NCBI GenBank assembly: GCA_046565595.1
Contig: JBKHYG010000017.1
Coordinates: 1 to 63,393 of the forward strand
Reading direction: 5' to 3'
DNA: 63,393 nucleotides
DNA from: Actinomycetota bacterium
Lineage (GTDB): Bacteria; Actinomycetota; AC-67
Both the position numbers and the translations under genes were made by a program. The first letter of the stretch is position 1, and each line of letters opens with the position of its first letter. Of the stretch, positions 33,370 through 43,287 are shown piece after piece. The notes beneath the pieces are model-generated. The model saw only the letters and a program-made list of their open reading frames with translations, was not told the DNA's origin and made no database searches.

Positions 33370-35301
33370 GTGGTAATCGAGTCACCTCTCACCGCGCTAG
33401 CGGTCATAGTCGGTCTAGGCATCACCGCCCAATGGATCGCGTGGCGATTCGACCTGCCCGCGATCCTGTTGCTCTTGGCGGGCGGGATCATGCTGGGTCC
33501 GGTCACCGGAGCCCTCTCGCCCGATCGGGTCTTCGGAGACGCGCTACTTCCGTTCGTGTCCGTCGCGGTCGCCATCATCCTGTTCGAGGGCGGGTTGACG
33601 CTGGATCTCCGAGATCTCGGCGCTCATGGGCGTGCGGTGACGCTGTTGGTCACCGTCGGCGCGGTGGTCACCTGGGCGACAGCGACGCTCGCTGCCCGCT
33701 TCTTCCTGTTCGAGAACTGGTCGCTCTCTTTCCTGATCGGCGCCATCGTGGTCGTCAGCGGACCGACGGTGATCATCCCGCTGCTGAGACAGGTCAGACC
33801 GAACAAACAGACCTCCACCGTGCTGCGGTGGGAAGCGATACTGATCGACCCCATCGGCGCGATCATGGCGGTCCTGGTCTACGAGGTCATCCTCGCCGAG
33901 GGCGGCACGCTGGGACAGATCGTCTTCTCGAACCTGCTGAACGCCTTCTTCATCGGCGGCGTCGTCGGGGGCGTCGGCGCGATCGCGATGATCCAGCTCC
34001 TGAAGCGTTACCTGTTGCCCGATTTCCTGCATGTGGCCGTGACGCTCGCGATCGTCATCGGAGCGTTCGCCGGATCGAACGCGCTACACGAGGAGAGCGG
34101 CCTACTGGCGGTCACGGTCATGGGCGTCGTGTTGGCCAGCCAACGTTCCGTGCATGTGCGTCACATCCTCGAGTTCGAGGAGAACCTGCGAACCCTGTTG
34201 TTGAGCGGATTGTTCATCGTCCTAGGGGCCCGCCTGGGTCTGGACGACCTGCGGCAAGCGGCGACGCTTCCGGTCCTCGGCTTCTTGGCCGTGCTGATCT
34301 TCATCGCACGACCACTAGCCGTTGTCGTATCGACCTGGCGATCGACGCTTTCCAAGAAGGAGCGCGTCTTCCTGTCCTGGGTCGCACCACGCGGGATCGT
34401 CGCCGCCGCTGTCGCATCGCTGTTCGCCTTCAAACTGGCCGACCATTTCGAGCCCCTGAGCGGAGGCGAAGGCACGATCTTCCTGTCAGGTGCAGGAAGG
34501 CTGGTTCCCACGACCTTCGCCGTGATCCTGGGCACGATCGCGATCTACTCGACGACCGCCAAGCCTCTGGCGTCGAAGCTCGGGATCACCTCGAAGACGG
34601 CCAGCGGCGTGCTGATCGTCGGCGGCAACGAGTTCACCCGTGATCTCGCGTTGGTGTTGCAGGATCAGGATGTTCGCGTGGTGCTGGCGGACACTGCGTG
34701 GGACGCCGTAACAAAGGCCAGGCAACGCGGCGTCAAGGAGACCTTCTACGGGAGCGTCCTTTCGGATTCCGCGATGAGCGAACTCGATCTGACAGGGATG
34801 GGGATCCTGCTGGCGCTGACTCAGAACGACGAGGTGAACGCGCTCGCCACGCAGCATTTCGTGCACATGTTCGATCGGAAGGGCGTGTTCCAGGTCTCGC
34901 CTCGGAGTGGTCATCATCGTCAACAGCTCGCCTCGCACATGCGGGGACGCGTGTTCGCAGCCGACGATGCGACGCTGGTCGAGCTCACCGCACGACTCGC
35001 TGCCGGCCACAAGATCAAGGTCAAGAAGCTGACCGAGGCCTCGCCCTACCAGTCGCTGGTCGAGGAATACGGCGACACCATGCTGCCACTGCTGATCATC
35101 GAACCCGATGACGAAGTCCTGCCGTTCGCTGCAGACGAGACACCTGCAACTCCGCCCGGCGCGCGGCTGGTGGCGCTGATGCCCGCGCCGACCCCGGTCG
35201 AGAAGGCCATCGCGAAACAGAGCGAAAAGAAGAAGCGCGACGACGAACTTCAGGACGCATCGCAGGGCGAGACGCAGAGCGCGGATTCGCCGACCGGCTA
35301 G
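33370..35301 (+). CDS. cation:proton antiporter (CPA1 Na+/H+ exchanger type) with C-terminal RCK/TrkA-N-like domain
   Basis: GTG start. About 12 TM helices with '..LFEGGLTLDL..' and 'SWVAPRGIVAAAVASLF'. The cytoplasmic tail 'VLIVGGNEFTRDLALVLQDQDVRVVLAD' has a Rossmann-like pattern. Confidence 0.9.
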   Translation: MVIESPLTALAVIVGLGITAQWIAWRFDLPAILLLLAGGIMLGPVTGALSPDRVFGDALLPFVSVAVAIILFEGGLTLDLRDLGAHGRAVTLLVTVGAVVTWATATLAARFFLFENWSLSFLIGAIVVVSGPTVIIPLLRQVRPNKQTSTVLRWEAILIDPIGAIMAVLVYEVILAEGGTLGQIVFSNLLNAFFIGGVVGGVGAIAMIQLLKRYLLPDFLHVAVTLAIVIGAFAGSNALHEESGLLAVTVMGVVLASQRSVHVRHILEFEENLRTLLLSGLFIVLGARLGLDDLRQAATLPVLGFLAVLIFIARPLAVVVSTWRSTLSKKERVFLSWVAPRGIVAAAVASLFAFKLADHFEPLSGGEGTIFLSGAGRLVPTTFAVILGTIAIYSTTAKPLASKLGITSKTASGVLIVGGNEFTRDLALVLQDQDVRVVLADTAWDAVTKARQRGVKETFYGSVLSDSAMSELDLTGMGILLALTQNDEVNALATQHFVHMFDRKGVFQVSPRSGHHRQQLASHMRGRVFAADDATLVELTARLAAGHKIKVKKLTEASPYQSLVEEYGDTMLPLLIIEPDDEVLPFAADETPATPPGARLVALMPAPTPVEKAIAKQSEKKKRDDELQDASQGETQSADSPTG

Positions 35302-36335
35302 ACGCGTTCGTTCAGGCGATCGATCAGCCGGCGTAGGCGGCCGGTGCGCGCGCGGTCGTAACTGAGCACGATCCTCGGGAACTCGAGCGCATCCTCGTCT
35401 CGGACCTCCTGCGGATAGGGATCGCAACGCATTATCGGTCCGTGCAAGACATCGGCGAACTCCTCGGACAGTTCGGCAAGCAGAGCGTCACTGGGTTCCT
35501 TGCGCAGACGGATCACGAGCTCACCGCCCACATACCGCTCCGAGTGGTAGATGCGATAGAAGCGCTCGACCTCTTCGACCGTCTCGTCGATGCTGTCGGT
35601 GACGCGGTAGAGGTCCAGATCGCTCGAGTCGATGAAGCCGCGATCCGCGACGACCTCGCGGATGAAGCGGTCGAAGCGGGCCCAGTAGTCGTTCTCGGGA
35701 GTGTCGAGCATGACGATCGGATGCATGTCGCTCTTGCCGGTCTGGATAAGGGTCAACAACTCGAAGCATTCATCCAGGGTCCCGAAGCCGCCTGGTAGCA
35801 GCACGAACGCGTCCGATTCCTTGACGAACATCAGCTTGCGGGTGAAGAAATAGCGGAAGTTCAACAACTTCGGATCGCTGGCGATCACGGGGTTCGGTTC
35901 CGCCTCGAAAGGCAGCACGATGTTGACGCCGATGGCATGCTCGGCTTCGGCTCCCTCATGACCCGCATGCATGATCCCTGGTCCGGCGCCGGTCACGATC
36001 ATCCATCCGCGTTGGGCCATCGTGTGCGCGAGTTCCTTAGCGGCCTCGTACTCGGGATGACCTGCGGGGGTGCGGGCGGACCCGAAGATCGTGAGCTTCG
36101 GACGGTCCCGCAACGAGTGGTAGAGCTTGAACGCCGTGCGCAGTTCCTTCAGTGCCGAGTTCGCGATCTTGAGATCCAGTCGAGGGATGCCGTCGGTAGC
36201 GATACCTAGGACGCTGCCGACCGCTTCGAGCGCGATCCTCTTGTCGAGGGGAGACAGGTCACCCAGGAACTCGGCGAGGGCTTCGTCGATCGCCGGATCG
36301 CCGGTCGGACGCGGCAGACGCCGCCCGGTGCTCAT
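35298..36335 (-). CDS. LOG/TIGR00730-family nucleotide 5'-monophosphate nucleosidase-like protein (PpnN-like, extended)
   Basis: 'IVTGAGPGIMHAGHEGA' and the signature 'LLPGGFGTLDECFE', with extra N- and C-terminal extensions. Confidence 0.85.
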   Translation of the reverse strand: MSTGRRLPRPTGDPAIDEALAEFLGDLSPLDKRIALEAVGSVLGIATDGIPRLDLKIANSALKELRTAFKLYHSLRDRPKLTIFGSARTPAGHPEYEAAKELAHTMAQRGWMIVTGAGPGIMHAGHEGAEAEHAIGVNIVLPFEAEPNPVIASDPKLLNFRYFFTRKLMFVKESDAFVLLPGGFGTLDECFELLTLIQTGKSDMHPIVMLDTPENDYWARFDRFIREVVADRGFIDSSDLDLYRVTDSIDETVEEVERFYRIYHSERYVGGELVIRLRKEPSDALLAELSEEFADVLHGPIMRCDPYPQEVRDEDALEFPRIVLSYDRARTGRLRRLIDRLNERV

Positions 36336-36464
36336 ATCGGCAGGTCAACCATGCATCGAGTCATCGCGCCAGCCTATAACGGGCGCACCACGCGCCCACC
36401 GTCTTTCACACAAGGTTCACGTGTACTCCACCGAGGTCCAGGGCCAGCACCGTACCTTTGCTGC

Positions 36465-37166
36465 GTGACATCGGACCCAGTGCAGCCGAGGGTACTCATC
36501 GTCGAGGATGAAGTGACGATCGCGGACGCGATCCGCTACGCACTGGACCGCCATGGGTTCAGATGCGAGGTGGTCCATGATGGCCGGTCGGCTCTAGCCA
36601 GCGCGCGAGCGTCGTCTCCCGACCTCGTGCTCCTCGATCTCATGCTGCCCGGCCTTGACGGCAATGACGTCTGCCGAGAACTTCGTAAGACGTCTACCGC
36701 AGCGGTCATGGTCATCAGCGCCCGCGACTCTGAAGCGGACAAGGTGCTGGCTCTTGAACTGGGAGCTGATGACTATCTGACCAAACCCTTCGGTACAGCG
36801 GAGCTGATCGCTAGGGCTCGTGCACTGTTGAGACGGCAGAACCCCGTCGGAGATAGGACCATCGAGACGACGCTAGAAGCGGGCCCCATCGCCATGGATG
36901 TGGACAGACACGAGGCCTCGGTGCGGGGCGAACCCCTCGACCTCCCCCTGAAGGAGTTCGTCCTGCTCGAGGTCCTCGTGCGAAGAGCTGGCAGGCTCTG
37001 CTTGAGGGAACACCTCATCTCAGATGTATGGGGCCCCGATTACTTCGGGGACACCCGAACCCTCGATGTTCACATCAAGAGACTGCGAGAGAAGATCGAA
37101 GAGGACAAGCGGGAGCCCCGGCACCTGCTCACCGTTAGAGGACTCGGGTACAAGTTCCAACCGTGA
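36465..37166 (+). CDS. OmpR/PhoB-family response regulator (no adjacent kinase)
   Basis: Receiver 'RVLIVEDEV..DLVLLDLMLPGLDG..DDYLTKPF' plus winged-helix 'TLDVHIKRLREKIE..LLTVRGLGYKF'. Start is GTG 36465 (or GTG 36480). The ORF from 36351 has an implausible leader. Confidence 0.9.
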   Translation: MTSDPVQPRVLIVEDEVTIADAIRYALDRHGFRCEVVHDGRSALASARASSPDLVLLDLMLPGLDGNDVCRELRKTSTAAVMVISARDSEADKVLALELGADDYLTKPFGTAELIARARALLRRQNPVGDRTIETTLEAGPIAMDVDRHEASVRGEPLDLPLKEFVLLEVLVRRAGRLCLREHLISDVWGPDYFGDTRTLDVHIKRLREKIEEDKREPRHLLTVRGLGYKFQP

Positions 37167-37181
37167 ATCCCCCTTCACGGC

Positions 37182-37210
37182 AACGGGCGGCACCGATGGT
37201 GCCGCCCGTT
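37182..37210. terminator. bidirectional hairpin terminator
   Basis: Perfect 13-bp stem aacgggcggcacc/ggtgccgcccgtt with loop gat, between convergent stops at 37166 and 37226. Confidence 0.65.
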
Positions 37211-37225
37211 GGTCTACGCCATGAT

Positions 37226-39220
37226 TCAGACGACCGCCGGCCGAGGCTTGCCGTTACGCGATCTCGAAGAGTCTCCTCTTACCTTGCTCTCTGGCTCAGC
37301 TCTGACTGAATCGATAAGGGCATCCAACTCAGGACCGGTCAGCGTTTCCCGTTCGAGCAGTGATCCGACGATGGCGTCGACGACCTTCGAGTTCCGAGCA
37401 AGTATCGCCATGGCCCGTCGTTCTGCCCCCTCGATCAACGCGCGGATCTCCTCGTCGACGATCTCCATCAGAGAGGCCGAAAGGTTTCCCATCTGGGCGA
37501 GCTCCTTGCCCAGGAACACCTCGCCGCCCTTCCGGCCGACCGAGACACGACCCACCCGATCGCTCATCCCGTAGATCGTAACCATCTCGCGCGCGAGATC
37601 TGTCGCTGTCTGGAGATCCTGCTGACTGCCCGTCGAAAGTTCTCCGAGTCTGAGCAACTCGATCGCAGTGCCACCGAGGTGCGCAACCAATTGGCGTTCC
37701 ATCTCGGTCCGCTTCAAGATCATCCGATCAGCGAGCCGGTAGGCCGTCGTGTGCCCCAACGATCGTCCCCGGGCGACGATGGATATCTTGTTCACCGCCG
37801 GAAGCACACCTACTCCCGCAGCTGCGACCGCATGGCCGGCTTCGTGCAGTGCGACCAGATGCCGTTCCACTTCGGTCAAGATGTGGCTCCTCCGCTGAGG
37901 GCCCGCAAGGACACGATCGATGGCCTCTTCGAGGTCACGCTGTTCGATCGTCGAGCGCCGCTCACGAACCGCGAGAAGAGCTGCCTCGTTCACCAGGTTA
38001 GCTAGATCTGCCCCCGTGAACCCAGGGGTCTGGTGGGCGATCCTGCGAAGATCGACCACCCCCAGTGGTCGCTTAGTCGCGTACAGCGAAAGGATCTCAG
38101 CCCTTCCGTCCACATCGGGGACATCCACCACGACGCGCCGGTCGAAACGACCTGGTCGAAGGAGCGCCGGATCGAGGATGTCAGGTCGGTTGGTTGCCGC
38201 GAGGATCACGATGCCGCTCGAAACGCTGAAGCCATCCATCTCGACGAGCATCTGATTCAGCGTCTGCTCGCGCTCATCGTTCCCCTGACCCACCCCTGCT
38301 CCGCGAGCGCGGCCGGCAGCGTCCAGCTCATCGATGAAGATGATCGCGGGAGCTGCTTCGCGTGCCTGGCGGAAGAGATCACGCACCCGAGCTGCTCCCA
38401 CTCCGACCAGTGATTCGACGAACTCCGAACCGGAGAGACTGAAGAATGGAACGGCAGCTTCTCCAGCGACCGCCCGCGCAAGCAGGGTCTTCCCTGTACC
38501 CGGAGGGCCCGCCAGCAGGACGCCCTTGGGGGCGAGTGCACCAACCTCCTCGAAGCGTCCTGGATCCTTGAGGTAGTCGACCACCTCGCCCAGCTCGGTC
38601 TTGGCTTCAGGGTTCCCCGCCACATCGTCGAAAGTGATACCGCCTGGGCGATCCTCCTTGCGCCCGCTGAATCGGGAAAAACCTAGGAACTCAGCGCCCT
38701 GACCTCCACGATTCATCACCATGAAGAACAAGCCGAACATCGAGGCGAGGATCACGAGAGGCAACAGGAACTGGGCGATGAAACGCGTTCGGCCCTTGCC
38801 CGATTGATGGTCGATCTCGACTCGAGCTCCTGTCGAGATCATGCGGTCTATCAGGTTTGCGGTCTCAGCATCCGAGCGCGGATAGGCGGTCCAGAAGGTA
38901 TTCCCATCCTGGGTAACCAGACCGACCCTGGCGTCTTCGTCGTAGAAGGTAGCTGCGACGACAGCACCAGGCCGCATCGTCCTCTCAAGCTGGTCGTAGG
39001 TGAGTGGGCGACCCGGCGCCGCGGGTTGGATGCGATCCAGCAGGACGAAATAGAGGACGAAGAGCGCGATCACCATCGCGACCAACCCCAGGATAGGTCT
39101 CCCTAAGGCCAAGACTGATCCGATCGCACGCTTGAGCGGGTCAGGGAGTCGATGCGGATCCAATGCTTCCTTCACACGCGTTCGCATATCGGGGACATCC
39201 CCTCGGGTTCCGTGGGACAT
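37226..39220 (-). CDS. ftsH: ATP-dependent zinc metalloprotease FtsH (divergent paralogue-like)
   Basis: Two TM helices. Walker A '[18 protein letters not shown]', Walker B 'IIFIDELDA', SRH '[20 protein letters not shown]', zinc site 'HEAGHA'. SD AGGAGA lies inside the upstream gene, and the start is 2 nt after the upstream TAA. Confidence 0.93.
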   Translation of the reverse strand: MSHGTRGDVPDMRTRVKEALDPHRLPDPLKRAIGSVLALGRPILGLVAMVIALFVLYFVLLDRIQPAAPGRPLTYDQLERTMRPGAVVAATFYDEDARVGLVTQDGNTFWTAYPRSDAETANLIDRMISTGARVEIDHQSGKGRTRFIAQFLLPLVILASMFGLFFMVMNRGGQGAEFLGFSRFSGRKEDRPGGITFDDVAGNPEAKTELGEVVDYLKDPGRFEEVGALAPKGVLLAGPPGTGKTLLARAVAGEAAVPFFSLSGSEFVESLVGVGAARVRDLFRQAREAAPAIIFIDELDAAGRARGAGVGQGNDEREQTLNQMLVEMDGFSVSSGIVILAATNRPDILDPALLRPGRFDRRVVVDVPDVDGRAEILSLYATKRPLGVVDLRRIAHQTPGFTGADLANLVNEAALLAVRERRSTIEQRDLEEAIDRVLAGPQRRSHILTEVERHLVALHEAGHAVAAAGVGVLPAVNKISIVARGRSLGHTTAYRLADRMILKRTEMERQLVAHLGGTAIELLRLGELSTGSQQDLQTATDLAREMVTIYGMSDRVGRVSVGRKGGEVFLGKELAQMGNLSASLMEIVDEEIRALIEGAERRAMAILARNSKVVDAIVGSLLERETLTGPELDALIDSVRAEPESKVRGDSSRSRNGKPRPAVV

Positions 39221-39222
39221 GT

Positions 39223-42200
39223 TTATCTCCTGGTCTCTGTCGTTAGAGGTCGCGGGATCGACATCACCGGACCTGCGTGCAAGCGTCGGCGCCTAGCCAT
39301 GACTGCCCCTCCAGTCCAGGCCAGAACCGCGAGAGCTAGGACGAACGCCATCGGCCCGACCGACGAGCTTTCGCTACGGCGCGCAGTGAAGTTGGCCCTC
39401 TCACTCGCCGCCTCGTGTTCTTCCTGCTTGGAACCCGTTCCTCCACCTGGAGGTGCAGGGGCAGGATTGATCGGCGGAGGGGCAACCGCCGCGACCACCG
39501 CCGTTTCCGGGACCCGGCCGTGCTTGATCGGCGGCCTCGTGTCTTCACCCTGAAGTTCACCGGTTCGTAGCTGCGGCGGATCCGGTGCGAGCACGCTAGG
39601 AAGTACGCGGACCCCCTCGGGCGAGCACGGCCCTGCTCCGCCGATAACCTCGACCGGGAGTTCAGCCCGATGGGTTCCGGTCTCCAAGGCGACCGTCACA
39701 CGGCCGGGCCGGAAGGCACACAGCAGTCCGCTGGTCGTACTAGGGACCAAAGAGCCTTCGAGCCGCAAGGGACTACCCGGATCGGCCGGATCCCGCTCGA
39801 CGAAATCCGCGATCGTCCGATCGCTAGAGACGAACCTGTGGTCCGGGACCAAGACATCCGACGGCCTGCACCGTTCATCAACCCCAGGTGTTTCGAGAAG
39901 GCCGCAAGGACGCTTGAACGGGAAGCGCACATGGAGAGCGTTCGCCTGATCCGTATCTGGTGACTGCAGCGCGTTCACCCCTCCCACATCCGGAAGGCGT
40001 CCAAGACCCAGCACATCCGACGCCTGTCCCGTTCTCAGGACCCGTCCCGCCGCAAGATCTATCGCGAGGTCGCGCAAGATGGGTATCGCCTGCAACTTGG
40101 TCGCGCCACCCATGACGGTGACCCTCAGCCAAGCGTGGTACGCGCCGTGTTGCGGCCTGTATCGCTCTCGCAGAGGGGACCCCCCCGTCCCTGCGGCAAC
40201 CATGGGGATCCCACCCGCACCAGCACCACCAACCCAGCCGACCAGGTTGCGTGCGTCGATGCCACCGGCGACGAAAGCTCGAGCACCTGCCTGCAAGATG
40301 GGCGTGATCGTTCCCGCATCCGCACGAGATGAATGGGGCAACACGATGGGATCATGGGCGACGACTACGACGGGCACCCCCTGGGCGCCAGATATCGCTA
40401 ACACCGATCCCAGCCAAGCGTCCTGCCTCTCGGGCGGATTCTGAGACGTAACGTCGAGGGCTAGGTTCTGCGAAGTGTCGAGTACCGCAACCCTCACGGT
40501 AGAGCCGGGTTCTCCGATGTCGAACGCGTAGTGGGTTCGAGCCCCAGGCTCCGGCTGAGCGGCTCCAGGCACGCTGACCCTGCGCACCCCTTCTGGCAAT
40601 GGTCCGGTTCCCCAGGGGGCAGGAGCCTTTGCATACACCTCGCGGAAGAAGCTGTTGGAGGCTGTGAGATCTGACTCTGTAAGGGGACCCGACGAGGCCA
40701 AACCAGGACGCAGATCTAGGGGTCCGAGAGCTCCATAGACCGGCACCGACAGGGACGAGAACAGATCGCGCACCGGGGCTAGCTCGTCAGGGATACCGAT
40801 CCGCCGCTGGTTCCCACCGTGGACCACTACCTCGATATCGCCGTTCTGGGCCGCAAGGTCCATCTCGCGGAGAGCTTGTGTGAGGACCACATCCGCGCGA
40901 GTGTCGATCCCCAAGGTTGGGCCGCACGAGATCCCGGTGCAAGCAGAATCGCTGACGAACCCGAACGAGGTCCCACCAAGTCTCGGCAGTTCGACGGTCC
41001 GATGCATGGGTGAGGGCTCCGGATCGCCCGATAGATCTACCCGCCAAACGCTCATGCTGGGCGGACCGCGGCGGTGACCTTCTCCGTTGTCCGCAGAGGC
41101 CGGAAACCCCCCGACCGCCCACCCACTTCCGCGTGCATCGAGCACCGCATCATGGATCGGGTCAGCGGGCGCAGGAGCATCGAAGACTGCCGAAACACTG
41201 CGTCGATAATCGTGACGAACATCCATCCAGCCGTCGGGGCCTCCGGCCATCAGACCGCCCCAAGCCTGGGCCAGCCTGCCGCCTCGCGCATACGTCTCCC
41301 CTACCCCCGTGACCGCGATGACCTGGTCGCCCGACGGGACCAGCGAGGTCACCGTGGCCGATAGCGCTGCTAACCCTCTGTGACTCCAATCGCCGTCCGC
41401 ATCCCTGACCAACATGAGCCCGCCAGTCCCGGCCGCAACGAGCCGCCCATCCGGAGCCAACGCCAGCGCCTGGAAGGAGTTCTCCTCGGCAACAGGTCCG
41501 AGATCCTGCACCTGCTGCCATCGTCCTCCTCGACGCTCTAGGAGAGTGCCTTGGCTACCGGCCGCGACCGGCATCCCGTCAGCTGTGACGCTCACTGCAC
41601 GAAGGGTCGCCTCCGTCCCAGAGCTATCGACTCGCCAGATCCCCCGGTCCAGGCGCAAGATGGTCCCAGCCTCACCGACGGCGAAACCGTTGCGAGGGTC
41701 CATCAGATGGAGCGCCAACAAGCCTCGATCGGTCATGGATGAGGCTCGGTGATCGACGACTATCCCGGCTGGATCGATCCGCAGGACAGTACCTCCCGCC
41801 CCTACTGCATATCCCTCTGCTCCGTAGAGATCAACATCCCTCAGATGCTCCCGGGTAGGAGTCGGCAAGCTGGTGACGCCGATCAGAGGATCGAGCCGAA
41901 CCAGTGTGCCGTTCTCGCCCACGGCGATACCTACCCCATCGGTATCCATGTCGACCGCAGTGAGCGGTTCGGTGACCACCGAAGGCCACCTCTCCAGGAC
42001 AGGTCGAGGCGGGTCGTCCGTGTACCGGCCGACCAGTCGATCCGTCGCCTGAAGATCCCGGATCGGGGTCACGCCCTCGAACGGGGTTACCCAACCATCG
42101 CGCAGGGAAGAGAAGCCAACACGCTGAACGAAACCGACAGGACTTGGCAACCTTCTCCAGGATCCCCCATCGAAGGAGAACAAGCCGGTTCCTCCGGCAA

Positions 42201-43281
42201 CGACTCCTCCAGGAACCGCATCGAGATCTACGAGGAACCCAGCGGTGAAAGGCATCCTCCGGTCGCAGATCTCGATCGCTTCCGCATCCTGCTGAGAGGC
42301 GCGATACTGCGCTGGACAATGAGAGGTGACTACTTCGTCACGGATCTGCAGCACGAAGGGTCGCTCAGCGCCACCGCCGATCAGGCGCTGGGGGTCTACC
42401 GGCTGGATGAAGCCCGCGATCCAGATGGTCCCATCCTGGACATCTACCGACATCCCTCTGGCGAGTCGGTTTGCCGTTGATGGGTCGGCAGTGGGAGCCG
42501 GCGGGACATCGAACATCGGCAGGCCGGTAGGAGTCAGCGTCCAGGTTCCGTTCTCCCTACGCATGACCACCAGCCGGCTGGGATTGCCCGAATATCCGAC
42601 CGCGACCGCGCGATCGCGATCTATAACCGCTACATCCATGAGGGTCGGCACCGCCGCGTTGTCCGCGCTGCTCAGTCCTGGCGTTTCAGCCGTCCACGCT
42701 CCACGGTCAAGGCGATAGATCGTGGCGCGCGCACCAACCGCATAGCCGAACGCACCCAAGCCATCCGAGGAGATGGATGCGCCATTCAACGGCGAGGTCG
42801 TACGGAATGAGGTTTCGACCCACGATCCCGAACTGGTCCGCCTGATGAACCCTCCGAACTTCGGAGCCGCCCAGGCCTCTCCGTTGGGCGCCGCCGAGAG
42901 AGCGGCCAGTGACGGACCGAATGGCTTGCCCGTTAGATCAGAGATCGGAGACCCCTCGACCTTCCAGCCGCTCGAGCGTTCCCAACGCAGGAAAGAGATG
43001 TCAGAGGCCACGGTTCCGTAGGCATGACCGACGGCGTAGGCGATGCTCCCGCCGGTACCAGGAACCGGAACGATCTCGGATACGGGGACCGGTGGAGCCT
43101 CGGGAAGCATGACGACTTCGGGATCGAGCTCCAGACCACCCTGGCCGACCCGAGATCCGGCTTGAACCGGTCCTATGGCCGCCAGGATGATCAAGAACAA
43201 CATCCCGTGGCGACGGCCGAACCCGGTCCCGGGGGATGTCCCCCGGGACCGGATACGACGAGGCTGTCTACTGAGAAGCAC
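39223..43281 (-). CDS. very large (up to 1352 aa) membrane-anchored extracytoplasmic protein with beta-propeller-type repeats
   Basis: N-terminal hydrophobic segment 'MLFLIILAAIGPV'. Recurrent 'GxxGT(I/V/L)LR(L/I)D'-type blades (ENGTLVRLDP, AGGTVLRIDP, EAGTILRLDRG, SQGTLLERRGG, ARATIYRLDRG). Pro-rich stalk and C-terminal TM 'VGPMAFVLALAVLAWTGGAVMARRRR'. Start is GTG 43281 or ATG 43203. Confidence 0.75.
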   Translation of the reverse strand: MLLSRQPRRIRSRGTSPGTGFGRRHGMLFLIILAAIGPVQAGSRVGQGGLELDPEVVMLPEAPPVPVSEIVPVPGTGGSIAYAVGHAYGTVASDISFLRWERSSGWKVEGSPISDLTGKPFGPSLAALSAAPNGEAWAAPKFGGFIRRTSSGSWVETSFRTTSPLNGASISSDGLGAFGYAVGARATIYRLDRGAWTAETPGLSSADNAAVPTLMDVAVIDRDRAVAVGYSGNPSRLVVMRRENGTWTLTPTGLPMFDVPPAPTADPSTANRLARGMSVDVQDGTIWIAGFIQPVDPQRLIGGGAERPFVLQIRDEVVTSHCPAQYRASQQDAEAIEICDRRMPFTAGFLVDLDAVPGGVVAGGTGLFSFDGGSWRRLPSPVGFVQRVGFSSLRDGWVTPFEGVTPIRDLQATDRLVGRYTDDPPRPVLERWPSVVTEPLTAVDMDTDGVGIAVGENGTLVRLDPLIGVTSLPTPTREHLRDVDLYGAEGYAVGAGGTVLRIDPAGIVVDHRASSMTDRGLLALHLMDPRNGFAVGEAGTILRLDRGIWRVDSSGTEATLRAVSVTADGMPVAAGSQGTLLERRGGRWQQVQDLGPVAEENSFQALALAPDGRLVAAGTGGLMLVRDADGDWSHRGLAALSATVTSLVPSGDQVIAVTGVGETYARGGRLAQAWGGLMAGGPDGWMDVRHDYRRSVSAVFDAPAPADPIHDAVLDARGSGWAVGGFPASADNGEGHRRGPPSMSVWRVDLSGDPEPSPMHRTVELPRLGGTSFGFVSDSACTGISCGPTLGIDTRADVVLTQALREMDLAAQNGDIEVVVHGGNQRRIGIPDELAPVRDLFSSLSVPVYGALGPLDLRPGLASSGPLTESDLTASNSFFREVYAKAPAPWGTGPLPEGVRRVSVPGAAQPEPGARTHYAFDIGEPGSTVRVAVLDTSQNLALDVTSQNPPERQDAWLGSVLAISGAQGVPVVVVAHDPIVLPHSSRADAGTITPILQAGARAFVAGGIDARNLVGWVGGAGAGGIPMVAAGTGGSPLRERYRPQHGAYHAWLRVTVMGGATKLQAIPILRDLAIDLAAGRVLRTGQASDVLGLGRLPDVGGVNALQSPDTDQANALHVRFPFKRPCGLLETPGVDERCRPSDVLVPDHRFVSSDRTIADFVERDPADPGSPLRLEGSLVPSTTSGLLCAFRPGRVTVALETGTHRAELPVEVIGGAGPCSPEGVRVLPSVLAPDPPQLRTGELQGEDTRPPIKHGRVPETAVVAAVAPPPINPAPAPPGGGTGSKQEEHEAASERANFTARRSESSSVGPMAFVLALAVLAWTGGAVMARRRRLHAGPVMSIPRPLTTETRR
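43225..43250 (-). other. strong intercistronic/5'-proximal RNA hairpin between the PstS-like gene and the large-protein gene
   Basis: ggtcccggggga-tg-tcccccgggacc, with perfect 12-nt arms. It lies between the PstS-like stop (43288) and the ATG at 43203. Confidence 0.4.
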
Positions 43282-43287
43282 CAGAGA

